IMG/VR virus record: IMGVR_UViG_3300032221_000131
Location: 1 to 25,559 of that record
Reading direction: 5' to 3' (one strand)
DNA: 25,559 nt
Origin: a virus
Taxonomy: Duplodnaviria > Caudoviricetes
Both the position numbers and the translations under genes were made by a program. Below, piece after piece: positions 16,288-24,827 of the stretch; position 1 is the first letter of the stretch; every line of letters starts with the position of its first letter. The notes beneath the pieces were generated by a model. The model had not been told where the DNA came from, ran no database searches, and saw nothing but the letters and a program-made list of their open reading frames with translations.

Positions 16288-17675
16288 AGATAATCCAAAA
16301 GATTTGCTTGTTCTGCTTTACCATATGGATCTAACATTTTATGAGCATGAAGATAATCATACCATTCTTTATCTTCCCACATTCCTGGTGAAACTCCATT
16401 CCATAACGGTTTCCATAAACGATGGTTTTTATTAAGTCTACGTTCATCTACATACTGACGTCTTAAAACTTCGTAATCATAAGATTTAAGTTCTAACATA
16501 TTCTCGCGGAAATAACAAACTACAGAGATTCTTTCACTACTAGGATCGTCAGGATGATTAAGAACAATAGGGGTATTACCATGGATAATTTCATGGTTGT
16601 TAACAAGTAATAAGTCTCCAGGACGCACATTATCAGCAATGCGAAACTCAGGAAAAACAAGATACCCTCCTGTATAATCTCCAGTGCCAAGCACCAATAG
16701 ATTACTTAGTCCAGTTTCTAGATCACCAGCATCTGTATGACAAGCTGTGCGGAAAGATTTATTTACTGTTAATGTTGTAAATACTGTTCCTGGAACTAAA
16801 AATCTTGGATCAAGTTTATCGGCTTCTCTACGTTGATTTGCCCAACGCCATGGTAATAATTCCCTAAATCCTTTATTAAGAGTTTGAAGAAACGGATAAG
16901 CTAATTCGAATAATTTTGGATACTTTTCAGTATAGGCTGTAGGTCTCCCGTAAGGTATCCGAGGATAGCGGTCATACCAACCAGCCACGCCAGAGAAAAC
17001 AGATTTAGCATAATTAGTAGTTGAAGCCCACTTTTCAGCGACCATCTTTGCTTCATTACGAACTTCCTCTGGTGATTTATTTGAAAGACCGTCTACCCAT
17101 TTATCGAACCAACCATGATATTCTGGATAAACTTTTTCTACTTCTGAACGCAACCAAACTGTACCTCGAACTTCGTCTGCTGGTTTATATTTTGGATCTG
17201 CATATTTTGCACGAATACTTTCGACTGAAGTTTCTTCTTTAAGAAACTCACTAAGATCAGCAGAATCGTCTTGTAAAAATTCTAAAATTTCTTGCTGATA
17301 AGGACTAACCCAATCACGACCACCACGTCCTTCAACCGCTAACATATGTCCACGTGGGCCAGCAGCAATACCACGATTCTGACTTTCCGTCGCAGCTTCT
17401 CTTAAACCGCGATAAGCCATATCTTGTTCTTCTTTAGAAAAGTAATTCTTTCGAAACTTAAATGCAATACGTAATTCATCATTACCTTTATCGCATGTTT
17501 CGCAATCTTTTGTACCACAATCTGCTTTCTCTAAAGGATCGCAGAGTGGAGGCATATAACAATCAGTATCTGATTCTATTAGAATATCATAATTACTTTC
17601 GTCGACAAATTGACCAAGAAGATGTTCGCAATTATGTTTTTCTTTAGCTACAATACGTCTTACTTTAGCCATCAC
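16284..17675 (-). CDS. TET/JBP-like 2OG-Fe(II) dioxygenase (5-methylpyrimidine oxidase type)
   Basis: SQNRGIAAG, SGVAGWYDRYPRIPYGR, FTTLTVN, TACHTDAGD (HxD), IHGNT, RISVVCYFRE. Confidence 0.85.
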   Translation of the reverse strand: MMAKVRRIVAKEKHNCEHLLGQFVDESNYDILIESDTDCYMPPLCDPLEKADCGTKDCETCDKGNDELRIAFKFRKNYFSKEEQDMAYRGLREAATESQNRGIAAGPRGHMLAVEGRGGRDWVSPYQQEILEFLQDDSADLSEFLKEETSVESIRAKYADPKYKPADEVRGTVWLRSEVEKVYPEYHGWFDKWVDGLSNKSPEEVRNEAKMVAEKWASTTNYAKSVFSGVAGWYDRYPRIPYGRPTAYTEKYPKLFELAYPFLQTLNKGFRELLPWRWANQRREADKLDPRFLVPGTVFTTLTVNKSFRTACHTDAGDLETGLSNLLVLGTGDYTGGYLVFPEFRIADNVRPGDLLLVNNHEIIHGNTPIVLNHPDDPSSERISVVCYFRENMLELKSYDYEVLRRQYVDERRLNKNHRLWKPLWNGVSPGMWEDKEWYDYLHAHKMLDPYGKAEQANLLDYL

Positions 17676-18049
17676 TCACTCCATAAAATAGATTTAATAT
17701 TTGGCGGTTTCCAACCATCTGGTTTTAATATTTTACCATCTGCTCTACGAACAGGTTTTCCGTCAACTAATTTTGCCATGTTCGATTTATGGACTTCGTC
17801 GAAGACTCTATCCAAGGGAATACCGTAAGATGCAGCAGTCCCACACACAATGTAAATAATATCAGCCAACTCTTTAGCAATGTTTTCCAAATCATTCTTA
17901 CATTCACCTTGTATATATTCTTCATATTCTTCTTTAAGTAATCTAATACGCAGATCTCTTTCGGCTCCATCAGGGAATCCTGGATTATCTCCAACATTCT
18001 GACCAACAGCTGTTTGAAACTCTTTTACATCTTGGAACATATTAGACAT
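17672..18049 (-). CDS. MazG-like all-alpha NTP pyrophosphohydrolase
   Basis: LLKEEYEE, KELADIIY, EVHKSNMAK, DGKILKP..W. Confidence 0.88.
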   Translation of the reverse strand: MSNMFQDVKEFQTAVGQNVGDNPGFPDGAERDLRIRLLKEEYEEYIQGECKNDLENIAKELADIIYIVCGTAASYGIPLDRVFDEVHKSNMAKLVDGKPVRRADGKILKPDGWKPPNIKSILWSE

Positions 18050-18062
18050 TATACTATATCCT

Positions 18063-18641
18063 TCATATTAAGTCAAAGTTTATTATGCAACGATAACCAT
18101 TTCTTGGTTGAGAAGAACAATGATACCTCGCGCCGTCAAAGACAACCATTCTACCTTTTTTGGGAGTTACTCTTTTGTGTTCAACAAGTTCTACGTTCTT
18201 GGAACCAGCAATAGTATTATATTTTGTTTGTTCGTAAAGAATTGTATCTCCATCAGAATCATTTACATAATATACGCATGCAATATGATCTTGAGGAACG
18301 TCTATATGAAGACCATTATGTTCTTTAATGAATCTTTTTTCTAAAGGTAATTGTAGAAAAGCTCTATTAAAATAGAGTTCTTGTATTTCAATTCCTGTTT
18401 TTTCTAACATAGAATTTACGATAGGAACTGAAATAGCTTCATATAATTCAGAAACGATTCCTGTGTCTGGATGTTTAAATAACATATTAAATCCATACGA
18501 AGGAAAAGGCATATCGAAATTAGCGTATGACATATCTTTAATGAATCTCCATTCAGGTCTATTCATTAAAGTATTTTCAACCGCATCTTGTAATTCTGGT
18601 GCGATTACATCATCAATTACTATTGTTGGTTTAAGATCCAT
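18063..18641 (-). CDS. 2OG-Fe(II) oxygenase
   Basis: HID, YYVNDSDGDT, PKKGR.VVFDG..YH.S, RCIINF. Confidence 0.85.
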   Translation of the reverse strand: MDLKPTIVIDDVIAPELQDAVENTLMNRPEWRFIKDMSYANFDMPFPSYGFNMLFKHPDTGIVSELYEAISVPIVNSMLEKTGIEIQELYFNRAFLQLPLEKRFIKEHNGLHIDVPQDHIACVYYVNDSDGDTILYEQTKYNTIAGSKNVELVEHKRVTPKKGRMVVFDGARYHCSSQPRNGYRCIINFDLI

Positions 18642-19189
18642 TCTGGTGGCTCACGTCTTTTCCATGAAAATAAATGTTGTTTACCGTTCTTATAATAGTT
18701 ACGGTAATTTGATACGGGATCATCAGAAATAATATATTCTTCTGCCATTGCACAAAGCATAGGGGTCATATCAAATTCTGTCATATTTTTTGGCGGCGAA
18801 GCAAGCATATAACTTAGTTCGCCATAACACTTATGCTCTTTATCATAACGATAAGTATATTCTTGCATAAGTGCAAAGAAATGATCTACCAACCAATTAT
18901 AATTCTCGATGCTACTGCGAGCCCATATAGCAGATGGGTGATTGATGTGCGTAGCCGAATAAAGAACAGATTCACGTGCGTCATGTAACATCCACCATTT
19001 CTTTTTACGAGTTTTTATTGTACCGTCTTCTTTTTCTATACGGACTTCTAATGGAATTTCTTCACCATCTAGAATACGATGAGCAGTAGAAAGTAGTTGA
19101 GCAGATTCTAAGATCATCTTAACAACATGACGATCTACCATCCACTCGGCTGCTTCAATAGGATTTTTCGAAAGATAAAAAATATTCAT
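18620..19189 (-). CDS. Pyrimidine-dimer DNA glycosylase (DenV-like/Pyr_excise family)
   Basis: MNIFYL, DRHVVKMILESAQLLSTAH, THINHPSAIW, YRNYY. Confidence 0.75.
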   Translation of the reverse strand: MNIFYLSKNPIEAAEWMVDRHVVKMILESAQLLSTAHRILDGEEIPLEVRIEKEDGTIKTRKKKWWMLHDARESVLYSATHINHPSAIWARSSIENYNWLVDHFFALMQEYTYRYDKEHKCYGELSYMLASPPKNMTEFDMTPMLCAMAEEYIISDDPVSNYRNYYKNGKQHLFSWKRREPPEWILNQQ

Positions 19190-19200
19190 AGTTTAGTCTT

Positions 19201-19974
19201 TTAGTTAGGAACAAATACAGCTGTGATTTCTGTTTTTCCATATTCTTTAATCTTTTTATAATTCATACTTTCTAACACTGCAGTAATAGTTTTATTATTA
19301 GTTGAACCATTAGCGTCCGAAACATCTGAGAATATTACAGGTTTACATCTTTCGATAGTTTTTCTAGCACCTTCGAACGCTTTGGCTTCATATCCTTCTA
19401 TGTCTAAATGTATTAGAGATAATTCCTCAATTTCTAAAGAATCTATAGTCATAGTATATATTTCATTTGTACCAGTATCGTCTATCTTATTCATACCAAT
19501 ATTGTTTATTCCCATTATTTTTAATCTAGAAATACCACATTTATCAGAAAGACCTGCATTAAATTTAAATACATTTTGAAATTTACAATTATCCGCCAAA
19601 CATCTGAAATTAAAAGATTCTGGTTCAAAAGTATATACTCTTCTAAAATTTAAACCATATAGAAGAGGATAAAGACCTGCTGCCCCTCCTGCTTGTAAAA
19701 CAGCATTAAAATCTTTTACGTGTTCTCGAATCATTTCATTATAATAATTTTGCCAATCTGCAGCAATTATATTAAAACAATCTAGATCGCTTTTAGGCCA
19801 ATTAAGTTCTACTAATATATCAGAAAATTGTATTCCTCTTACAATTGTTTCTGCATTAGAATAATCTTCTATAGTTTGAATATATTGTTCTTTATTTAGA
19901 CCTATTTCTTTTAATTTCTTTTTATTTTCTTCATAAGATTTTTCGTACATTTTTAGTTTTTCATCATCTAACAT
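19201..19974 (-). CDS. FkbM-family methyltransferase
   Basis: LQAGGAAGLYP, VYTFEP, LIHLDIEGYE..A..GA..TI.RCKPVI; probable ATG at 19974. Confidence 0.85.
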   Translation of the reverse strand: MLDDEKLKMYEKSYEENKKKLKEIGLNKEQYIQTIEDYSNAETIVRGIQFSDILVELNWPKSDLDCFNIIAADWQNYYNEMIREHVKDFNAVLQAGGAAGLYPLLYGLNFRRVYTFEPESFNFRCLADNCKFQNVFKFNAGLSDKCGISRLKIMGINNIGMNKIDDTGTNEIYTMTIDSLEIEELSLIHLDIEGYEAKAFEGARKTIERCKPVIFSDVSDANGSTNNKTITAVLESMNYKKIKEYGKTEITAVFVPN

Positions 19975-19975
19975 T

Positions 19976-20122
19976 TTAATTATCCCAATCAAGAAACCAT
20001 TTAACTAAAGTATAAACTACTATCACGTAAATAGCAAGCCATATTAATCCAGTTAAGAACTCTACCTGCTCGTTGAAATGTTTGTTCAACATTTCAAAAT
20101 CGAAATATTTGGTATACGTCAT
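19976..20122 (-). CDS. 48-aa small membrane protein
   Basis: ATGA overlap with the def stop; MTYTKYFDFEMLNKHFNEQVEFLTGLIWLAIYVIVVYTLVKWFLDWDN. Confidence 0.6.
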   Translation of the reverse strand: MTYTKYFDFEMLNKHFNEQVEFLTGLIWLAIYVIVVYTLVKWFLDWDN

Positions 20123-20586
20123 TTCTTTAATTTCCTAATTGCTTGATCTCTATGGAACTTATTAGCTTTTTTATAAAAAACAATTCCATCTAGATGATCA
20201 TACTCGTGTTGAAAAACTCGCGCTGTCATTCCAGTAAATTGTCTAGTAATAGTATCTCCGTTCGGAGTTGTAAATCTAGCTCGAACGTGTTGTGGTCTTT
20301 TTATTTTAACTAATAATCCAGGATAAGACAAACAACCTTCTTCTAAAACTACATCCATTTCACTAGTCTGAACAATCTTAGGATTAAAACAGACAAAGTT
20401 CTCTGGATGCCCACGCATAGCGAAAATACGATAAGGTGTTCCCACTTGATTAGCCGCTAAACCAAGACCGTTACTTTCATACATAAATTTAACAAGGTTC
20501 TGGGCAAAATCAATAGGATCGAATGGGGGATCTTTAAAATCAAATTCCTCACATTGTTCTGTTAAATATTTATCGTTTAATTTCAT
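20119..20586 (-). CDS. def: Peptide deformylase
   Basis: GLGLAANQVG, EGCLS, QHEYDHLDG. Confidence 0.95.
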   Translation of the reverse strand: MKLNDKYLTEQCEEFDFKDPPFDPIDFAQNLVKFMYESNGLGLAANQVGTPYRIFAMRGHPENFVCFNPKIVQTSEMDVVLEEGCLSYPGLLVKIKRPQHVRARFTTPNGDTITRQFTGMTARVFQHEYDHLDGIVFYKKANKFHRDQAIRKLKK

Positions 20587-21293
20587 AGTAAACTCTTAGC
20601 GAATGCTTCTCGTCGATCAAAGCCATGACCTGCTCTTGGATTATCTCGTTTATAACCAACAGGTCTTTCATAACCAATAGCGGCTTCTAATGCTTCATCA
20701 ATGTTCTTTGATGCTGCTAGTAGTTTGCCCACACCTTTTTCCGAACCCTTGCGTAGTTCCCAATCAGCAAAGCGAACTTGTGTATCAAGATCATCAATTG
20801 GCTTCTTACGGTCATTAGCAAACTGTAGAAGATCAGTCAAACGACCTGGCGTATGAACACCAGTTGTCTTGTCATAGTTATCACGCCACTGAGCAATACC
20901 AAATGCTGTTTTCTTATCTCCCCATACATTTGTGCGAAGATCAGAATATGATTCTTGCATAAACTGCCCAACGAGTGCGGCTGCTTGATAATCTTTCCAA
21001 CCAAGATCAATTAATACTTTCTTAGCATAAAGAGGACGCTCTTTACCTTTTAATGTATTAGCATCGAATGCTGGTTCTACTGATTTGGGTGGAATTATTT
21101 TAGCAACAGCTGATTTTCCAGCTTCGCCTATCTTACTAATAGCTGTTGGCCCAACCGCATTTTTAGTTGCATTAAAATAATTCTTTAAGGCGGTATAAGA
21201 TTTTAATCCAAAATCGCCATCAATAGCGCCAGGATCAAATAATTTATCTTTAAGGAATTTTTGAATCTCCTTAATTTTATCTTTATCAATCAT
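20583..21293 (-). CDS. Peptidoglycan hydrolase: N-terminal PG-binding-like region plus phage-tail-lysozyme (lysozyme2-like) domain
   Basis: IQKFLK..LFDPGAIDGDFG..S..AL; AAALVGQFMQES, AFGIAQW, YERP. Confidence 0.75.
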   Translation of the reverse strand: MIDKDKIKEIQKFLKDKLFDPGAIDGDFGLKSYTALKNYFNATKNAVGPTAISKIGEAGKSAVAKIIPPKSVEPAFDANTLKGKERPLYAKKVLIDLGWKDYQAAALVGQFMQESYSDLRTNVWGDKKTAFGIAQWRDNYDKTTGVHTPGRLTDLLQFANDRKKPIDDLDTQVRFADWELRKGSEKGVGKLLAASKNIDEALEAAIGYERPVGYKRDNPRAGHGFDRREAFAKSLL

Positions 21294-21296
21294 GAC

Positions 21297-23003
21297 TTAC
21301 TCCTGAATCTGTGAGAAATTTTTATGTTTAATAAACTTAATTACATTATTGAATTTTTCATTCATATGTTCTTTATGAGATATAATGAAAATATTACTAT
21401 CTTTAGAAGCTTCTCTTATTATGTTCATTAAATAATCTACAGCATTCATATCAAGAGAAGAATCAAATACTTCATCCATAATTAATAAATTAGTACTAAT
21501 AGAATTACGTAATTTAGCGATAGCTCTCCACGTAAATAATAAAGCAAGATCTATTTTTTGTTTTTCGCCTTCAGAGAAAGAAGCATACGTAAAATCGTCT
21601 CTATGTCTAGATTTTATTGTTTCGTTAAACTCTTCGTTAAGTTCGAAAGAAACAAAGAAATCCATAGAAGAAAGATACTTGTTAATTAATTTATTAATAA
21701 CTGGTATATATTGTTTAATTATTTTAGATTTAATCCCACTATCTTTTAATAGAGTTCCAGCTGCAGTAAGAACATTTTTTTCTTCTATTAACTCGTTATA
21801 GTTTAAAGAGAGATTTTCTAATTCTTTTTCAAATTCTATAATTTTATTATCTGTAGTAAAGTTTTTATTTTCTTTTAATTTTTTAATTTCATCTTCTAGC
21901 TGATGAGAATATTTTATTAAAGATTGAGTGGTTGTTTTATATTCTATTTTTTGCATTTCTAAATTTTGTATCTCAGACATAAGATTCATAATTTGTTTGA
22001 AGCGATTGTTTGCTGTCTCATATTCAAGAGAAAGAAGTTTAAGACCTTCTTCTGTTTCTTTAATTTGAGTGTTTTTCTCTTCTACTGTTTTAATTCTAAA
22101 ACCTTCATTGATATGCTGTTTACATGTTGGACAGTTTTCATGTTTATTAAAGAAATCGACATCTTCATTAAGAAGAGCTACTTTTGCCTCTATCTGATGT
22201 TTAAGCTGAGAGAGTTTATTAATCTTTTTAGAAATATTCTCTTCTTCTCCAACATCTTCTTGAAGTTTTTTAATCTCTTGAGAAACTCTATGGAACTTAT
22301 CGCTTAATTGTTTAAGTTGAGTTGTTGTTTCATCGATCAATATTTGTTTTTCTGCAGCAAGTTTATAATTATTATCTTTTAAATCAAGCATATGCTGCTT
22401 AGTCATTTCAATTTTAGACTCTATTAATTTTTTCTCGGTATATGTTCTATTAATATTGTCGCCATTAGAAAGAACTTTATCTTTAAGTAAAGAATTCATA
22501 ATAGTAAATATCTGAAGATCTAGAATATCTTCGATAACTTCCCTACGTTGACCTCCTGGAAGTTGCATAAAAGGCTGAAAAGTCGCTGATCCTAAGACAA
22601 CAACTTGATTAAAAGATTTATGATTTACTTTAAGTATCTGTTTTTCAAGTAGCTCTTGATAATCTCTCATTTCCGCAGACTGATTCAAAAGATTATCGTT
22701 TTGATAGACTTCGAAAACAGTAGGTTTCATTCCACGAATAATTTTATAATTATTAGAACCTATAGAAAATTCTACTTCTACTACGCAATTCTTTTTAGTA
22801 ATAGAATTTAAAAGTTGTGGTTTCGAAATTTTACGAAAAGGTTTACCAAACAAAGCAAAAGATAATGCATCTAATATTGTTGATTTACCCGCACCGTTTT
22901 GACCAACGATAAGAGTTGTATCTTTCCCACAAAGATCTATTTCTGTAAAAACATTACCTGTTGATAACAGGTTTTTCCATCTAAGTTTTGAAAATCGTAT
23001 CAT
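21297..23003 (-). CDS. 46: Recombination endonuclease ATPase subunit (gp46, Rad50/SbcC-like)
   Basis: KNLLSTGN, GQNGAGKST, CPTC hook, FSEGEK, MDEVFDSSLD, ISH. Confidence 0.97.
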   Translation of the reverse strand: MIRFSKLRWKNLLSTGNVFTEIDLCGKDTTLIVGQNGAGKSTILDALSFALFGKPFRKISKPQLLNSITKKNCVVEVEFSIGSNNYKIIRGMKPTVFEVYQNDNLLNQSAEMRDYQELLEKQILKVNHKSFNQVVVLGSATFQPFMQLPGGQRREVIEDILDLQIFTIMNSLLKDKVLSNGDNINRTYTEKKLIESKIEMTKQHMLDLKDNNYKLAAEKQILIDETTTQLKQLSDKFHRVSQEIKKLQEDVGEEENISKKINKLSQLKHQIEAKVALLNEDVDFFNKHENCPTCKQHINEGFRIKTVEEKNTQIKETEEGLKLLSLEYETANNRFKQIMNLMSEIQNLEMQKIEYKTTTQSLIKYSHQLEDEIKKLKENKNFTTDNKIIEFEKELENLSLNYNELIEEKNVLTAAGTLLKDSGIKSKIIKQYIPVINKLINKYLSSMDFFVSFELNEEFNETIKSRHRDDFTYASFSEGEKQKIDLALLFTWRAIAKLRNSISTNLLIMDEVFDSSLDMNAVDYLMNIIREASKDSNIFIISHKEHMNEKFNNVIKFIKHKNFSQIQE

Positions 23004-24058
23004 TCAAGAGTTACCGCCTCAAAATATAAATCACTAATTTTTTTCTCAAGTTTTGACTTATCTACGCCTTTAATATCAGCGCCAGAAATATACTTCTTGA
23101 AAATATCAATAGTTGATTCTGCTTCATCTATAATATCTTGATCTTCTTCTAAATTAAGATTAAGATGATCTTCTACAATCTGTATATCTACAGGATTTGT
23201 TTTTTCTACATTATTAATGAATTGATCAAACCAAGTTGGATTGTTTTTTTCTTGGATAATAATTTTTATTATTTTACCTGAAAATTGATTATAGTCAATG
23301 TTTTTATCGACGAATTTAGGATCTCCGTCGTTATACCAAAACTTAATAAACATTTTATAAGGGTTTTCAATAAATGTTAACTGTCTCGTTTCTGTATCAA
23401 AGATATGAAAGCCACGTGGGTCATTATAATCAGACCAAGTATATTCTGCAGGAGACCCGAGATAATAAATGTTGTCGCGAGTAGAACGATGATGGAAATG
23501 ACCACTACCAACGATATCAAATCGAGAAAAAAGTTTAGGATCTTCACCATGAGAGATGATTGATCCTTTGAACATTTCGAAACCTTGAAGTTCAAGATGC
23601 CCGAAACAAATTTGTGCATTAGTTTCCTTTATTAATTTGAAGGAATGCTCTTTATTGTCATCGCATATCCAAGGAACTAATAATATTTTCAAACCATCGA
23701 ACATAACTTCGGTAGCTTTATCATATATATTTAGTGGGAATCTGTTGAAAAGTTCAACAAAAGAACTTACCTCATTAGTATTTTTATGATAGGTATCATG
23801 ATTACCAAGACACTGATGCCAATCAATGTTTCTTTCTAAAGCTGGTTCTATTAAATCTTTTCTGAGACGATAAGCTGTATTAATATTAATATACTTACGA
23901 CGATCAATAATGTCCCCGCAATGAATGACAGTATTAATATTATGGTCGTCCAGGTATCTAAAAAAGATATCATCATAAAACCTTTTCATATAATCATGAA
24001 AGGCAAGAGAATCGTTTCTTACGCCAGCATGACTATCTGTTAAAAGAGCTATTTTCAT
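23000..24058 (-). CDS. 47: Recombination endonuclease nuclease subunit (gp47, Mre11/SbcD-like)
   Basis: TDSHAG, GDIIDRRK, GNHD, GHLE, SGHFHH, YLGSP. Confidence 0.96.
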   Translation of the reverse strand: MKIALLTDSHAGVRNDSLAFHDYMKRFYDDIFFRYLDDHNINTVIHCGDIIDRRKYININTAYRLRKDLIEPALERNIDWHQCLGNHDTYHKNTNEVSSFVELFNRFPLNIYDKATEVMFDGLKILLVPWICDDNKEHSFKLIKETNAQICFGHLELQGFEMFKGSIISHGEDPKLFSRFDIVGSGHFHHRSTRDNIYYLGSPAEYTWSDYNDPRGFHIFDTETRQLTFIENPYKMFIKFWYNDGDPKFVDKNIDYNQFSGKIIKIIIQEKNNPTWFDQFINNVEKTNPVDIQIVEDHLNLNLEEDQDIIDEAESTIDIFKKYISGADIKGVDKSKLEKKISDLYFEAVTLE

Positions 24059-24237
24059 TTTTTTGTTTGAACCAGGGTTGGAGCTCGAGAATGTTTTGCT
24101 ACAGCAGCTGCTGCATAATCTCTAATTGCCTCTAGACGAAGGACAAGATTCATTCTTTCGTTTTCACGAAGTCCTTTTTCTGACAATCTCTGAACGATAT
24201 CAGCAACGTTTACGGGAACTAGATGTTCATTCTTCAT
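24055..24237 (-). CDS. Small hypothetical protein between gp55 and gp47
   Basis: ATG at 24237; ERMNLVLRLEAIRDY; ATGA overlap with gp47. Confidence 0.65.
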   Translation of the reverse strand: MKNEHLVPVNVADIVQRLSEKGLRENERMNLVLRLEAIRDYAAAAVAKHSRAPTLVQTKK

Positions 24238-24769
24238 TTTCTTTTTCCTTCTCAGAAAACTTTTCAACGCCAACAAGTTTACTTGATTTTTTACTTTTAG
24301 TCAACTTATCTTCAAAAGAACGAACAATATCAGCCGAATAGTCGTTAGATTTCAGCTGCATAGAATGATTCGAATCTTCGAAGATTTCAGAAAATATAAA
24401 ACTATTTTCGAAATTCTTATGCTTTATATAGGTTTGTTTCTTTTCTTTTTGTATTCTACGGAGGAATGCATTCCAAGCAATCTGAGTAAAATACGCGAAA
24501 GGATTATTAGTCCTATCCGGATCAAAGTTATCTACAGCCGAGATACAATCCATTATTCCATCAGAGATCATATCTTGTTTATACGTATATCCGGAGAAGT
24601 TTGGTTTCTTAGCAAGATTATTACAAATTAAAAGAATAGACTCTCCAATATATTTTGGAACAATTGGTTTCTCTACTTCTTTTTTCTCTGCTTCTCTTAA
24701 TTCATTTTTATAATGAATCATTGCACCATACAGAGTTTTATTGTTTATATAATTCTTCGCTTTTGACAT
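24227..24769 (-). CDS. 55: Late-transcription sigma factor (gp55)
   Basis: NYINNK, YIGE, PNFSGYTY..DMISDG, NFDP, NPFAYFTQIAWNAFLRRIQKEKKQ. Confidence 0.96.
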   Translation of the reverse strand: MSKAKNYINNKTLYGAMIHYKNELREAEKKEVEKPIVPKYIGESILLICNNLAKKPNFSGYTYKQDMISDGIMDCISAVDNFDPDRTNNPFAYFTQIAWNAFLRRIQKEKKQTYIKHKNFENSFIFSEIFEDSNHSMQLKSNDYSADIVRSFEDKLTKSKKSSKLVGVEKFSEKEKENEE

Positions 24770-24779
24770 AATCTAGTCC

Positions 24780-24807
24780 TTGACTTTTTTCTAGACTCTA
24801 GTATAAT
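24780..24807 (+). promoter_or_regulatory. sigma70-like promoter TTGACT-16-TATAAT oriented antisense into uvsW
   Basis: Shares TTGACTTTTTTCTAGA with the promoter at 8346-8374. Confidence 0.6.
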
Positions 24808-24827
24808 CACTAGTGCCCCAGTTGAAA

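Noticed and set aside
20009-20037. TTGCTA-17-TATACT promoter-like sequence upstream of FkbM
   Set aside because: It lies inside the 48-aa membrane ORF and such matches are frequent in AT-rich DNA; plausible but unsupported.
21297-24058. Inteins or introns in gp46/gp47
   Set aside because: Lengths and motif spacing are ordinary, with no intein splice motifs or frame breaks.
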